From positions 1-64,000 of the forward strand of contig MCFE01000072.1 of assembly GCA_002104905.1 (NCBI GenBank): 64,000 bases of DNA. The letters run 5' to 3'. Numbering within the stretch: position 1 is the stretch's first letter; the number at the start of each line of letters is the position of its first letter. The stretch comes from Basidiobolus meristosporus CBS 931.73. Lineage: Eukaryota; Fungi; Basidiobolomycota. This document shows positions 13,457-24,908 of this stretch, in pieces. The notes below the pieces were generated by a model. It was not told where the DNA came from. It saw only the letters and a program-made list of their open reading frames with translations, and did no database searches. Made by a program: the position numbers and the translations under genes.

Positions 13457-14014
13457 GGTGGAGAAAAGAGAGCGGCGAAGTGAGGAAGCCCGCTGCATCA
13501 AAGCCCTTTTAACTATTTCCACCCACCCCTCTCCCTTCGGATTTCCCCGCCAACCAAATCGTGGGGATTGTGAGAGCGTCATGGGGGTTTCAAAGCAGGG
13601 CAAAATAAGCGGAAATTGAAACCCGTTGCCAATTCAGTGCAGCATGTTTTACAAGCGCACCTGAATGCGTCACTTTTTCGAATACACATGCGATATATGG
13701 CATGGCGATCTGGTTGATTGATCTAACTCCAATTAGACGGGAATCCTGCTTCAGAATGCCCGGTGGCTTCATACTTATGGCTTCGCGCTTTTGAATTACA
13801 AATCGATGTGATTGATTCCCGTCAATTCAATATAGCATTAATAGGCCGGATAATTTCACAAACATGTGAATGATGTATGGAAGATCCTTTCGTATATATA
13901 ATGTATTGTAGGATTGGTATTTATTCAAGTTCGGATATCTGGATGTATTCTTGATTTTGTGGCTAGGGAAAAGTTAACTGGGCGTAGCTGCGAGGCACTA
14001 GGGGCGGTGAGATT

Positions 14015-14867
14015 TCAAGGACAAATGGGGACCCTGCTATAGTCAATGTTTCCTCGAACTCGAGCAAATGCCTGGGTCCAGAAATTGCCACGTGGGTCTA
14101 ATCCAGCACCCATATGAGTGTAGTCTCTGTTCAGGATGTTCGCACGATGCACTACAAACATCCGGAGTTAGTATGTCGATGCATATGAATGAACGGAAGA
14201 TGGGTGGAAGGAGGGAGAGGGGAAGGAGCGAACTAATGAATGAAGAGGTGGTTTTGACCCATGTCCATCCTTGGCGTGAGATGAAAGTCGCAATACCACT
14301 CATCAGCCATCGCTCGCTCTGTTTACTAGCAGTGCCTACTAACCAGCTGAGTTCATCCACACATTCATCACCTCTTCTTCTGAGCGCTGGCCGCGAGCCA
14401 CATTCTCCCCGAGTGACTGGTACTGCATCCCTCGTCGGCTTGCCTCTCTGTTCATGGGTGCATGATCGTAGCGGTCGTGGGTGAGCGAGTTGTATCGTGC
14501 TTGCATGGTCGAGTGCTCCTGGGCGATGTCATTCAGATCCCTGTAATGGAGATGTCGGCGCGCGTGCACAGTTAGAGATAAGAGTGAGTAGTGCACGGTT
14601 ATGGGCGTTGATTGTTGATGGAGTAGCGTACGGGCGGGACGGGATAGGATGAAGGAGAAGGAAGGCAGAATGGTTAGTGTGCGAGCCGAAATAGCAACAA
14701 GGAGGATCACGGGAGGATTACCTGCTCAAGACTAAGGGTCTTAGGCCATATCTGACTCTTTCCCGATTTACTAAGCAAATAAGTCTAGCTGGAGAGAAAG
14801 CTTCGGTGTTTGAAACGAGTGCTCCAAGTCCAAGAAGTGCCAAGCTCACCAGCGATGAAACTTTCAT
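14015..14867 (-). CDS. Secreted CAP/SCP (PR-1/YkwD-like) protein, copy A, two introns
   Basis: Signal peptide MKVSSLVSLALLGLGALVSNTEA, then LICLVNRER, AQEHS, LGENVA, WMNS, HRANILN and FWTQAF. Confidence 0.9.
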
Positions 14868-16176
14868 GGTTTCTAAAGAAGTAAATCGGTTGCGAGACAG
14901 ATGAGATGCCGATGCTTTACTTTGCAATCTCAATTTTATACTCTTGCTCGTGAGGTTGATATCACGACAGTTAGCACGATCGATGCAATGAACATATTGC
15001 AGGGGATTTTTCGGAAACTTTAAAATGCGAAATGAACTCCAGGCCACCATTGATTAGCATTATTTGAAATGCGATGTGTCCATTGATTAACATTATATTC
15101 TTCTTTCCTATTGTAATCATACACATGACTGCCCAAGATCATGGACACAAAAAGGTATATGCCGCAGACTGATCTCTGCAAGAGACGCTCCTTGATGGTA
15201 ATTAGTGCAAGAAATATTCCTAGAGTTCATTTGATACATTAATTAACCTACAATGCCCCATTTGCGTATATAAGCCTTGATTCGGACGAGTGTGACTTCA
15301 CTCACCCGATTCCAACTGTAAAAACATGAAGATCAACAGTTTGGTTAGCTTGGCACTTCTTGGACTTGGAGCACTCGTTTCAAACACCGAAGCTTTCTCT
15401 CCAGCTAGACTTATTTGCTTAGTAAATCGGGAAAGAGTCAGATATGGCCTAAGACCCTTAGTCTTGAGCAGGTAATCCTCCCGTGATCCTCCTTGTTGCT
15501 TTTTCGGCTCGCACACTAACCATTCTGCCTTCCTTCTCCTTCATCCTATCCCGTCCCGCCCTACGCTACTCCATCAACAATCAACGCCCATAACCGTGCA
15601 CTACTCACTCTTATCTCTAACTGTGCACGCGCGCCGACATCTCCATTACAGGGATCTGAATGACATCGCCCAGGAGCACTCGACCATGCAAGCACGATAC
15701 AACTCGCTCACCCACGACCGCTACGATCATGCACCCATGAACAGAGAGGCAAGCCGACGAGGGATGCAGTACCAGTCACTCGGGGAGAATGTGGCTCGCG
15801 GCCAGCGCTCAGAAGAAGAGGTGATGAATGTGTGGATGAACTCAGCTGGTTAGTAGGCACTGCTAGTAAACAGAGCGAGTGATGGCTGATGAGTGGTATT
15901 GCGACTTTCATCTCACGCCAAGGATGGACATAGGTCAAAACCACCTCTTCATTCATTAGTTCGCTCCTTCCCTTCTCCCTCCTTCCACCCATCTTTCCGT
16001 TCATTCATATGCATCGATATACTAACTCCGGATGTTTGTAGTGCATCGTGCGAATATTCTGAACAGAGACTACACTCATATGGGTGCTGGATTAGACCCA
16101 CGTGGCAATTTCTGGACCCAAGCATTTGCTCGAGTTCGAGGAAACATTGACTATAGCAGGGTCCCCATTTGTCCTT
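14017..16176. repeat. Long inverted repeat: 830-bp arms (14017-14846 and 15347-16176) around a 500-bp spacer
   Basis: The arms are reverse complements with only about eight differences counted by eye. Confidence 0.95.
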
Positions 16177-16178
16177 AA
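15326..16178 (+). CDS. Secreted CAP/SCP (PR-1/YkwD-like) protein, copy B, introns 15472-15651 and 15849-16041
   Basis: MKINSLVSLALLGLGALVSNTEA followed by the same CAP motifs as copy A. Ends ...RVPICP-TAA. Confidence 0.9.
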
Positions 16179-16429
16179 GACAAATGTTGCTTTAATTCCA
16201 GTTATATCCCAATACGATTGTGTGTGCCAACAGTGTGCTTCTCAGTCTAGCTACAGCATAGAAATCAGATTCCAAATTACACTGCCCTTGATGATTCCAA
16301 CAATATCCCACCGTGACTAAAATAAATCAAGGACAATTGGCTAATCGAACTATCAACAGAAAATTGACCAAAGGTTTTAGAATTTTTGTAAACATGGTTT
16401 TGGATGGAAGATCAGTAATTAATAATAAA

Positions 16430-16559
16430 CACGCTCAGCTATCTCACTGCAATCGGGTACAATAGTTTCTCGCGATGCTTCCACTCCCGAAGGGCTTCAA
16501 CAAAGCAATCAACTAATAGTTAGACTCCCGCCATTGGCATGCAATATCATCAGCGCGTG
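16430..16559 (-). ncRNA. Candidate box C/D snoRNA-like RNA, copy 1
   Basis: The minus strand reads CACGC-gc-UGAUGA ... CUGA-GCGUG: box C, box D and a 5-bp terminal stem, with an internal cUUCGg hairpin. Near-identical to 17859-17989. Confidence 0.6.
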
Positions 16560-16782
16560 ATATGTATATTAATTGTAATTGCAGTCTTAGGTTATAACTA
16601 AGACGTAAAGATTCTGTGTTCAAATGAGTCTACTTTATATGAAACTGTTCAAGATGATAACTTATGGGAAAGAAAGATTTTCAGTCATCTCAGGGTATAC
16701 CTAAAAATCACCTAAAAATCACCATAATGATTTACCTTAATAAATTTTCTTCTGTTAGTAACTCCGCACTTGTACGGTAACC

Positions 16783-17681
16783 ATGTTGTCAGTAGCAATC
16801 AAACAGAGTTTCGGAAACGTTCGCAGCTTCAGCACCACTGCCTTAAACAACACTCCCCATCTGGTTCAGGTTTGTCGTTGGTAAATTCTTTTAGCTACTG
16901 AAACCTCCTTTTCTCATTTCCATTTTTGCTATCAGGTTGAGAGCTCCATTAAAGGAGGAAGTTTTTTGGTCTCCCGAAGATTAGCCGAGCGCCTTCAATA
17001 CCAGTATACACCGTATTATGATTTCCTCAAGGCCGTTGTGTTCAAAGTAAAGGCAATTCATATTCAACTTGGCGGCATGACCACTACTAACCAGGAATTT
17101 CCGCCACTAGGGCTTCAAGCAGGAAATAGTCAACCGTAGAGAGCTACCCAACGATTTTCGGGAATTTCATTCAGTTCGTTAAGGAAGCCCCTATTGCTGT
17201 TGCACCAACATCCAAGTTTGATATTGAGATTGAAGGAGAAAATGTCACTGGCGCTGCTCTTTCTCACCGCGAGTTAAATAAGGTTGCCAAGAGCTTGTTG
17301 CAGCAACGCCAAATTGAAAAAGCCGTTACCGATCGATTCTATGAGATTGTCAAACAATCCACCGCCGGAGGCGTTGTCTTTCCTGGCGCCAACAATCTTC
17401 ACAAGATGGTTGATTTCAAATTCTTCTTGGAAGAGGATATTCGCTCCAGAGCTAGAAGAGAATTCAATCGGATCAAATGGCGTGACTCCCGTAAGAACGT
17501 GCTGAAGATGGACGATCTTGTTCAACAAATCCGTAAGGCCGAGATGAACCTTGACCTTCGTAATATGAAGAAAAACGCCATCATCGTTAAGGCTGACGAT
17601 ATCGACATGGAGGAGTTAGTTGAAACTTTAGCATTGAAAATTTTGGAAAGTACAGGCGATCAAGATCCATTAGAGCATTAG
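16783..17681 (+). CDS. Mitochondrion-targeted cytidylate kinase (Cmk)-like protein with degenerate P-loop, two introns
   Basis: Presequence-like MLSVAIKQSFGNVRSFSTTALN. The segments RRLAERLQYQY, IEGENVT, GGVVFPG, KFFL, RARR and AIIVKADDIDMEELVE follow the order of bacterial Cmk motifs. Confidence 0.65.
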
Positions 17682-17858
17682 TTTATTTCTCATTTCCTAT
17701 GTACATCATATAAGACACAATAAACCATTTATAGAACATTTCAACCGTATAGTAGGAATTCCCATAGATATTTGGATCTTTCAAAGTAAACTTTGCAGGA
17801 ACAAGGATACAGCACTGAATTTACTCGGTTTTCTTTTAAAATGTTTGAAAATATAGTA

Positions 17859-17989
17859 CACGCTCAGCTATCTCAATGCAATCGGGTACAATAGTTTCTC
17901 GCGATGCTTCCACTCCCGAAGGGCTTCAACAAAGCAATCAACTAATAGTTAGACTCCCGCCATTGGCACTGCAATGTCATCAACGCGTG
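17859..17989 (-). ncRNA. Candidate box C/D snoRNA-like RNA, copy 2
   Basis: CACGC-gu-UGAUGA ... CUGA-GCGUG. Homology with copy 1 extends upstream to 18044 (16614 in copy 1). Confidence 0.6.
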
Positions 17990-18222
17990 ATATGTATATT
18001 AATTGTAATTGCAGTCTTAGGTTATAACTAAGACGTAAGGATTCAAGGGTACAAGTTCTGCACATATATACAGGTTGCTCACCATCAATAAGTTATGGGA
18101 TTGAACCTGTTTGCTCGAAATCAAGAAATATGGAGAATTTTTCCGGAAAAAAAGAAATGTTGTCACTTTAATACATAATAACACGAACAATTTATACAGA
18201 CCAAGGAATCCCGATAGTAATA

Positions 18223-19299
18223 TTACCTGATTCTTTCCAGTCGCTTAGTCGCAACTTTCATCTTGGATTGTGAGACATCAACATCTTGGCTTAACTCCGA
18301 CAATAATTGATTATGTGTATCCAGCTCCTGGCCAATCAGCGCCCCTACCCGCAGTTGGCGCTTTAGAATCTCACTAAATTGCTCCAAGCTAGTATTTTGC
18401 TTTTGCATCATTTGTTGTTGGAGATTGATTAAGCCGTCACTATCAAGTCCTGAGGTTTCTTCAACGTCTTTAGGCATCACTTTCGCGTTACCGAATACAC
18501 GCGAGGAAAACGATCCCTTCTTAGGGATAGTCCGCAGAGATGAATATGAATCCCGTCTATTGATGAGCGTTGCCGGTGGTGATTTCGGACTCTCGTGAGC
18601 ACCCACGGCTACACGTTCGGAGAGTATTGATATTTCATCAGATAACTTATTCAATTTGTCTCCACGACGAGTGCGTTCCCATTCCGAAATAACTGCGTCC
18701 TCTTCCCCTACACCAGCCAAATATGCTAGCCCATTCTTTAGAGTATTCAGACGTTGATTTAGCAACGCTATCTCTTTCTTTACCTGGAAAGTGAGGTTGT
18801 GTGCGGCCGCAACCTCTTGTTGCGAGTAGTGATTATCTCTACGCAACAGGTTGGTTCGGCTTTGCCTGATCATTTCCTTGATAGTGTGCACTTCGTCTAG
18901 CCAACTTTCCGAGGTAAAGTTTTTGGCAAGATCGAGATTCTTAACCTTGGGCACATCTAAAAAACCTCTCCATTCGGCGGTGTCTCTCCAGCGAGAATCG
19001 GCGTCGTCAAGTATGCTTTTCAGATACCTTGCCAGGCCTTCTCTTCTCTCCTCAATGGATTCTATCCCCCTGCAGCTGGAGAACAAGGAGTATATTTTGG
19101 GTGGAAGCTGATACGGGAGCGGCTGTTTGGGAAAGCTTCGAAGAAAGCTCGCGTTCAGTCGATAGAACTCACTGTATCGGCGATACACTGACCACCCACG
19201 AACTCCTCCCTGTACATCGATTTTATAAACGATGTGTACTGAAGGGCTGTCTCTTACTTCCACGGTGGTAATGCGTATCGATTTGATCACTTCAGCCAT
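18223..19299 (-). CDS. VAM7: PX-domain Qc-SNARE, intronless
   Basis: N-terminal PX domain (VYRRYSEFYRL, LPPK, ERREGLARYL) and C-terminal SNARE motif (QNTSLEQFSEIL...IGQELDTHNQLL). No TM helix. Confidence 0.88.
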   Translation of the reverse strand: MAEVIKSIRITTVEVRDSPSVHIVYKIDVQGGVRGWSVYRRYSEFYRLNASFLRSFPKQPLPYQLPPKIYSLFSSCRGIESIEERREGLARYLKSILDDADSRWRDTAEWRGFLDVPKVKNLDLAKNFTSESWLDEVHTIKEMIRQSRTNLLRRDNHYSQQEVAAAHNLTFQVKKEIALLNQRLNTLKNGLAYLAGVGEEDAVISEWERTRRGDKLNKLSDEISILSERVAVGAHESPKSPPATLINRRDSYSSLRTIPKKGSFSSRVFGNAKVMPKDVEETSGLDSDGLINLQQQMMQKQNTSLEQFSEILKRQLRVGALIGQELDTHNQLLSELSQDVDVSQSKMKVATKRLERIR

Positions 19300-19761
19300 T
19301 TTGAAGACAGAGAAGTTGGGGAATCATTGACAACAGTCTGTGATATATGGCTGGGTGGAGATGAAACTGAAAACATTGCGTGATCGTACATTGACCTATC
19401 CCATAATCAACTGCATACCAGTAATCAGACCAGATATTTTCATTTATGCATAGTCACAAATTCATTTATTCTGATGATGATGGATAGGTAACCCAGCCTA
19501 CTGCCACTAGGTAATATTTCTATTTGGAGACCTCGCTTGCTTACGCTTGTTCGCCCGTTTCATCTCCTCAATAATTAGTGTGGAAAAGTCCTCGGGTCAT
19601 ACAGATATATTGGATTTGGTTTAAGGTTGACTGTACAGACGAGTTCAAATGTATAAGTTGTTCAACCTGAAAGTTACTGAGAGTAGGCTGGGAGTTGGGA
19701 TAGAAGTTAAACATAGTGTAATGCACATGATATTAGCAGCGGGCACCTAAAAACTCCTTCA

Positions 19762-20380
19762 TTAGATAGCTGGTATCTCCTCCTCGTGCTGCTGGGCATT
19801 ATGCGTAGAAGTGCGGCTGGCTTGACCAGCAGAGCCCTCCTGTTCTGAATCCAGTAGACCCTTCTCACGTGCGGCTCTCTGCGCCGCTTCTCGCTTATCC
19901 TCCAGCTCTCTCTCTTCCGCAAGACGAAGTTCTTCTTCCTCTCGTTCAAGTTCCGCATCCAGTATTTCGTTCAACTTGGCCTATAATCATACAAAGATAA
20001 GCATCACTCAAAGGTAATAAAAAATGAAACCATCGTGGTACATGTTCATCTGCCAAGTTTGAAAGGTTTTGAATGTGGCTCTGGTCGAGCAATTCAGCCT
20101 GCGGCTCTTCAGCCGAGAATAAATTGTCCTCCTCATCTGAATAAATATCCGTTGGTGTGTCTCTGGTCGAAGTGTGGCGCAGGAAAGGATTGGACCTGAC
20201 CAGGGAGGAGCGAAACGGACTCCCACTCAAGAAAGAGTTTTCTTGGTTTTGATGGGAATTTAGCAGATTCTCAAACTCCAGATTATCGTCAGGATCCACA
20301 TTCGAATATTCAGGTACTACGGGCAGTCGGTCCACTTTTTCCCCTCTACAAGAAGCGAACATGCTTAAACAGCCTCCCAT
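19762..20380 (-). CDS. Lipid-anchored protein resembling AP1AR/gadkin, one intron (about 19982-20041)
   Basis: N-terminal MGGCLS, then LEFENLL and the coiled coil ADEHAKLNEILDAELEREEEELRLAEERELEDKREAAQRAAREKGLL. Confidence 0.6.
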
Positions 20381-20823
20381 GATAGATTGTTCGACTGAAG
20401 GTAAACGGATGGATGCTTTTCTTTGGTAAATGCAGTACAGTAAAAACGAAATATAGGGCCTATCTATATCACAAGTGAGCTATTCGATATTTAGGGAAGA
20501 TGGTATATTCGTACCTTTGGTTGGTATATTTGAAACCATGACATGGCATGGTGCTCAATCATGTGATCTTCATGGAGGTTTGCAGTAAGCCAAAGATAAA
20601 CAGATTGCATAAATGATCAAACAAGCTAGCATCGACGGTAATGATCCATGATTGGGTCTTTTACAACAAAACAAACAAGCTTTGAGCCATCTGATCATCA
20701 AACAACCGAATCCTTGTGAGTGGTATTTGTGTGTGAGCACGCGAAACGAGCACGACAGCCATTCATTTTCATCCTTTACTAAACACCACCCCCCAACACG
20801 GAGTAATTTTTCGCGTCTCCAGT

Positions 20824-21899
20824 ATGAGCCCAAAAACCAGAAGTGGAAAGAGTCAAGATGATTCCAATGCCGTAGCGCTTGCTACCGAACTGGTCACCGA
20901 GCATCTTGGTTTCCTGCCTCTGGCTTTTGTTGACGACGTGATCAACTCCGTCAACGAACTTATTTATCAAGCAACTAGCTCCTTGGAGCGCTTCGTGGAG
21001 TCCGAGTTGGGTGCTAACGAGCACGTTGAGCAGGTACGCACCGCTTGGTTGCTCTTTCTTCGCTCGCTACTAACTAGAGAACCTCCTTGTAGGGCATCAA
21101 TCAAATCGAAACCTTACTCGAATCGGCAGTTGACAAAAACTTCGATATCTTCGAGTTGTACGTATTGAAGAACATCTTTACCATTCCTCCAGGCGTGAAT
21201 GTAGAGCTCCCCCATTACAAGGTAGGTTGAGAAGGTGATGCCTATTGGTGGCTGGTGGTGGAAGACTAACGCGCAGCTTTGTTAGAATGTTGATTATACA
21301 CTCAGTATGGAGGAGGATGAGAAACTCGACGAGGAGCTCGAGCAGCTAAGAAAGCAGCTAGTAGCAGTAAGATATTCCCGCGTGTCTCTGGTCCGAAGGA
21401 TTCATACTAACCATGCTCTGAAGGAAAAATGCTTCAACCATAAGCTCAAAAAGGCCGTTACCAATACCAGTAAGAAGCTAAGCTATTACGAAGATCGCAA
21501 GTCGCAACTTGATTTCATTTACACCTCAGCCAAGAATGCCAATAGTATATAGCGTTCCTTCAGATCTCTTGGATACCATATTAACACCAATTCCTCCTTC
21601 TAGTTGCATCTCTGAAGGACGCAGTGTCCCTTGTTGCCGATCAAGTGGGGGAACTTGAGAATCAGCTATTTAAGGTCCGTCGTCAAGCCAACCAAGAAGC
21701 ATTTAGCAAGCTCGCTACCAACACTGACACACGAACCACTTACCTGAACGGTGTAGTGGCCGCGTACATCGCCAAGCAAAAAAGCAAAGAGCAAGGCGAG
21801 GATGATGCCATGGATGTCGACACCGAAGACAAATATACAACAGAGATTGCATCTCTGTCTGACTGGAAGGATTTCACAAATACCATTAGAAAGCAATGA
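20824..21899 (+). CDS. MIS12: Kinetochore protein Mis12/Mtw1, multi-exon
   Basis: LVTEHLGFLPLAFVDDVINSVNELIY, GINQIETLLESAVDKNFDIFELYVLKNIFTIP and a C-terminal coiled coil. Confidence 0.9.
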
Positions 21900-22161
21900 G
21901 TTATCCGGATATATGCGAGTCTTTGTCTACGATATTTTGCAATCAATGTATATTTGTATTTCTTGGCTATTGTGTAGTTTCCGTAAATAAAGTTTCCCGG
22001 TTTAATGGATGCCCGAACACAACACTGCTAAGAGGCTTTTGTTTTTTTCGTTTATTTCCCGTGCGGAAACGACCGTAATATAGACGCTCGGCAGGATGTC
22101 CGCTTAAATTGAAAAGTCAACTTGAACGATGAGGTGGAGTAATATATCTTGTGGATTCCGT

Positions 22162-22643
22162 TTAGAAAACAAGAGCAGCACCCTTGGTCTTCTTGTCACC
22201 ACCGAGTTCGAAGTGCTTGCAACGCTTCAAGGAGAGTTGCATCTTGTACTTGCAGGCAGTGCACTCAAGACGAAGGACGACCTTCTTGGTGGTCTTGGCC
22301 TTCTTGTGGAAGACGGGCTTGGTTTGACCACCATAACCGGACTGCTTACGATCGTAACGACGCTTACCTATTCATCAAGCATCGACAGTTAGAAGGCGGG
22401 TCAGGATAACTCAGTCGTCTGATCAACGCTAAATACCTTGAGCGAAGAGGGAAGCCTTTCCGGTCTTGTATTGAGTGACCTTGTGAGGGGTGTGCTTTTT
22501 GCAGCTTTTACCTTTGCAATAGGTATTTCTGGTTTTAGGAATGTTGACCTTAAGTATTAACAAACCATGTTAGCATCGATCTTTGATGGATGGTTGCCGG
22601 ACACCGATGGATAAAAAATCCCGTAACATATTAAACTGACCAT
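22162..22643 (-). CDS. RPL42: 60S ribosomal protein eL42 (L44/L36a), two introns
   Basis: M|[38 protein letters not shown]|[28 protein letters not shown]...GAALVF. Carries Pro at the cycloheximide-determining GQTKP position (sensitive type). Confidence 0.97.
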
Positions 22644-22930
22644 TCTAATAACAAATTCACCAGACGGGAAATGAGAAGGAAGAACCTCGTTTTTCTAGAG
22701 GGACATCTTTAAAGGGTCTCCGCCCTTGAAGCCGATAAATTTTCCATCTTGGGCGAACTTGTGATCTGGCTGAATTTCGGGGTTTTTCGAGGTTTTTTGA
22801 GGCTTAATCCCTTGATTTTTCCCTTCCTATGCGAACTATAACGCTGAAAAAAAACATCCTACTAATCACACATTAGGTGCGAAGTGAGTGATTTCGATTA
22901 GCCCTGCTTCAACTCTGGATATTCTGAACA

Positions 22931-24742
22931 ATGGCTTCACAAGACAAAGATATGGTCGAGCAGAATGATTCTCTGAAGCGTGGTTTGGAAGATACAGGAA
23001 GCGATCAACCCGAGAAAAAGCAATCGCTTGATAACATCGAGCAAGCCGTGGCAGAGGCCAGTGTCCCCCAACCAGCTGCTGCTGAAGCCGTAAACGAGCC
23101 TCAGGCTGCTGATTCGGTGGAGAAGGAAAAAAGATTGCCCAAGAAAAAGGTGGCCTTACTTATGAGTTATTGTGGGACTGGCTACCAGGGTATGCAAGTG
23201 TAAGTGCTCTTATCGCGAGGCTCTCTCATATTCGTGTACTGAACGGATGCGTGTTTATAGTAACCCAGGAGCAGTCACCATTGAGAGTGAACTCTTCAAG
23301 GCTTTGGTTGATACCGGTGCAGTGTCTAAAGACAATGCGGTTGACCAGAAAAAGGTACGGGCTTACGAGGATGCCCAAGCACGTGACACGAGTCCAAGAA
23401 TTCACATTTTCCTGCTGTAGGTTGGGTTCGCGCGTGCCGCCAGAACTGACAAAGGAGTCCATGCTGCTGGTCAAGTGGTGAATCTCAAGATGATCGTAGA
23501 GGACCCAGATATCATCGAGAAGATCAACAAAAGCCTTCCCGAACAAATCCACGTGTGGGGTATGAAGCCAAGACCTGTAACTTTTCTAATGTGAGGGGGT
23601 TGTAACGAGACTTGGGTATTTACGCTAGGTTATGTCAAGGCGATGGGGTCATTTAACGCCAAAGATCACTGTGACTCCCGGTTTTACGAGTACCTGATGC
23701 CCACATATGTGTTCATGCCACCGACTGGTACCCCCAGCACCTTGCCTCCTGATGAACGCCAGATCCCACCATCCACCAGCGAGGAAATGGCGGTTAAAAG
23801 ACAGTTCAGAATGTCGCCAGAAACCCTCGCCTATGTTCGCAGTGCTTTGAACGAGTATGTTGGAACACACAACTACCATAACTTTACCATTGGAAAGGCG
23901 TACAAGGATGCTAGTGCCAAGCGATTCATTAAGGGTTTCGAGGTTGGTTGGACCCATTTCGACATGGAAAACGCGCCACTAACCACCCTTTCCTCCATGT
24001 GAAGTGCTCGGAGCCTAAAATTATTGACGAGTGTGAGTGGATCAGCCTTAAGGTTCACGGTCAATCGTTCATGATCCATCAGATCAGAAAGATGGTTGGT
24101 AAGTAGTGGATTCATTTGTAGACAAAGGGCTTCAAGATACTCATGCTATTCCTTACATAGGTCTAGTTATCCTAATGGCTCGTACCAACACCCCGTTGAG
24201 CCTTATGAAGAAGACCTTTGAGGAAAAAAAAATCAACATTCCCAAAGCCCCAGGCATTGGACTCCTGTTAGAGAAGGTAAGTCCCTTTTCACCACTCTCA
24301 GGTGGATTGCCCTTGTTGATGCTGATGTTTTTGCCTAGCCTGTCTTCGGTTCGTACAATAAGAAAGCCCAGGGCATGGGTCGTGATGCGATCGTGTTCGA
24401 TGCGTATGAGGTAAGCTCTTGGACGCGGAGTCTTGAACCATAATTGGTGACTAAGCCTCCACATCCGTTACAGGAACAAATAGAGCAATTCAAGAACAAA
24501 TACATTTACGACGCGATGGTCAAGGTTGAAAACGAAGAGAACTAGTATGTATTTGCACCACACTTGCTGGAATCGGAGACCTACAACTGACCCACGTATC
24601 TAGCTTTGATCAATGGATCAAGGGAATCGACATGTTTCCAGAGTTTTACACTTACATCAACCCTGAAGGCGAAATCCCTGACAGCGCCCTGATCAGTAAT
24701 CAAAATCATCGTCTGCCTGCAGTTGGCAAGCAGGACTCCTAG
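22931..24742 (+). CDS. PUS1: tRNA pseudouridine synthase, TruA/Pus1 family, multi-exon
   Basis: [19 protein letters not shown], catalytic [43 protein letters not shown] and [10 protein letters not shown]. Confidence 0.93.
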
Positions 24743-24908
24743 ATATTTGGCGATAAATAATCATGTTACACGACGGATTGTATAGAGATTTCAAGTTGGT
24801 TAAATCATTAAGTAAATCACAGTCGGATCAGAGTAAAAAAAAGAAAAATCCCACCTGGATGGCTCCATTAAAGAGAGGAAAATTTTGTTCATTCCCTATC
24901 CATTAAGC

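Noticed and set aside
16430-18044. Direct repeats flanking the Cmk-like gene read as LTRs of a cargo-carrying retroelement, or as hammerheads
   Set aside because: No TG...CA ends, PBS, PPT or TSD. The enclosed gene has introns and is on the opposite strand. Copy 2 has UUGAUGA, which breaks the hammerhead core but keeps box C.
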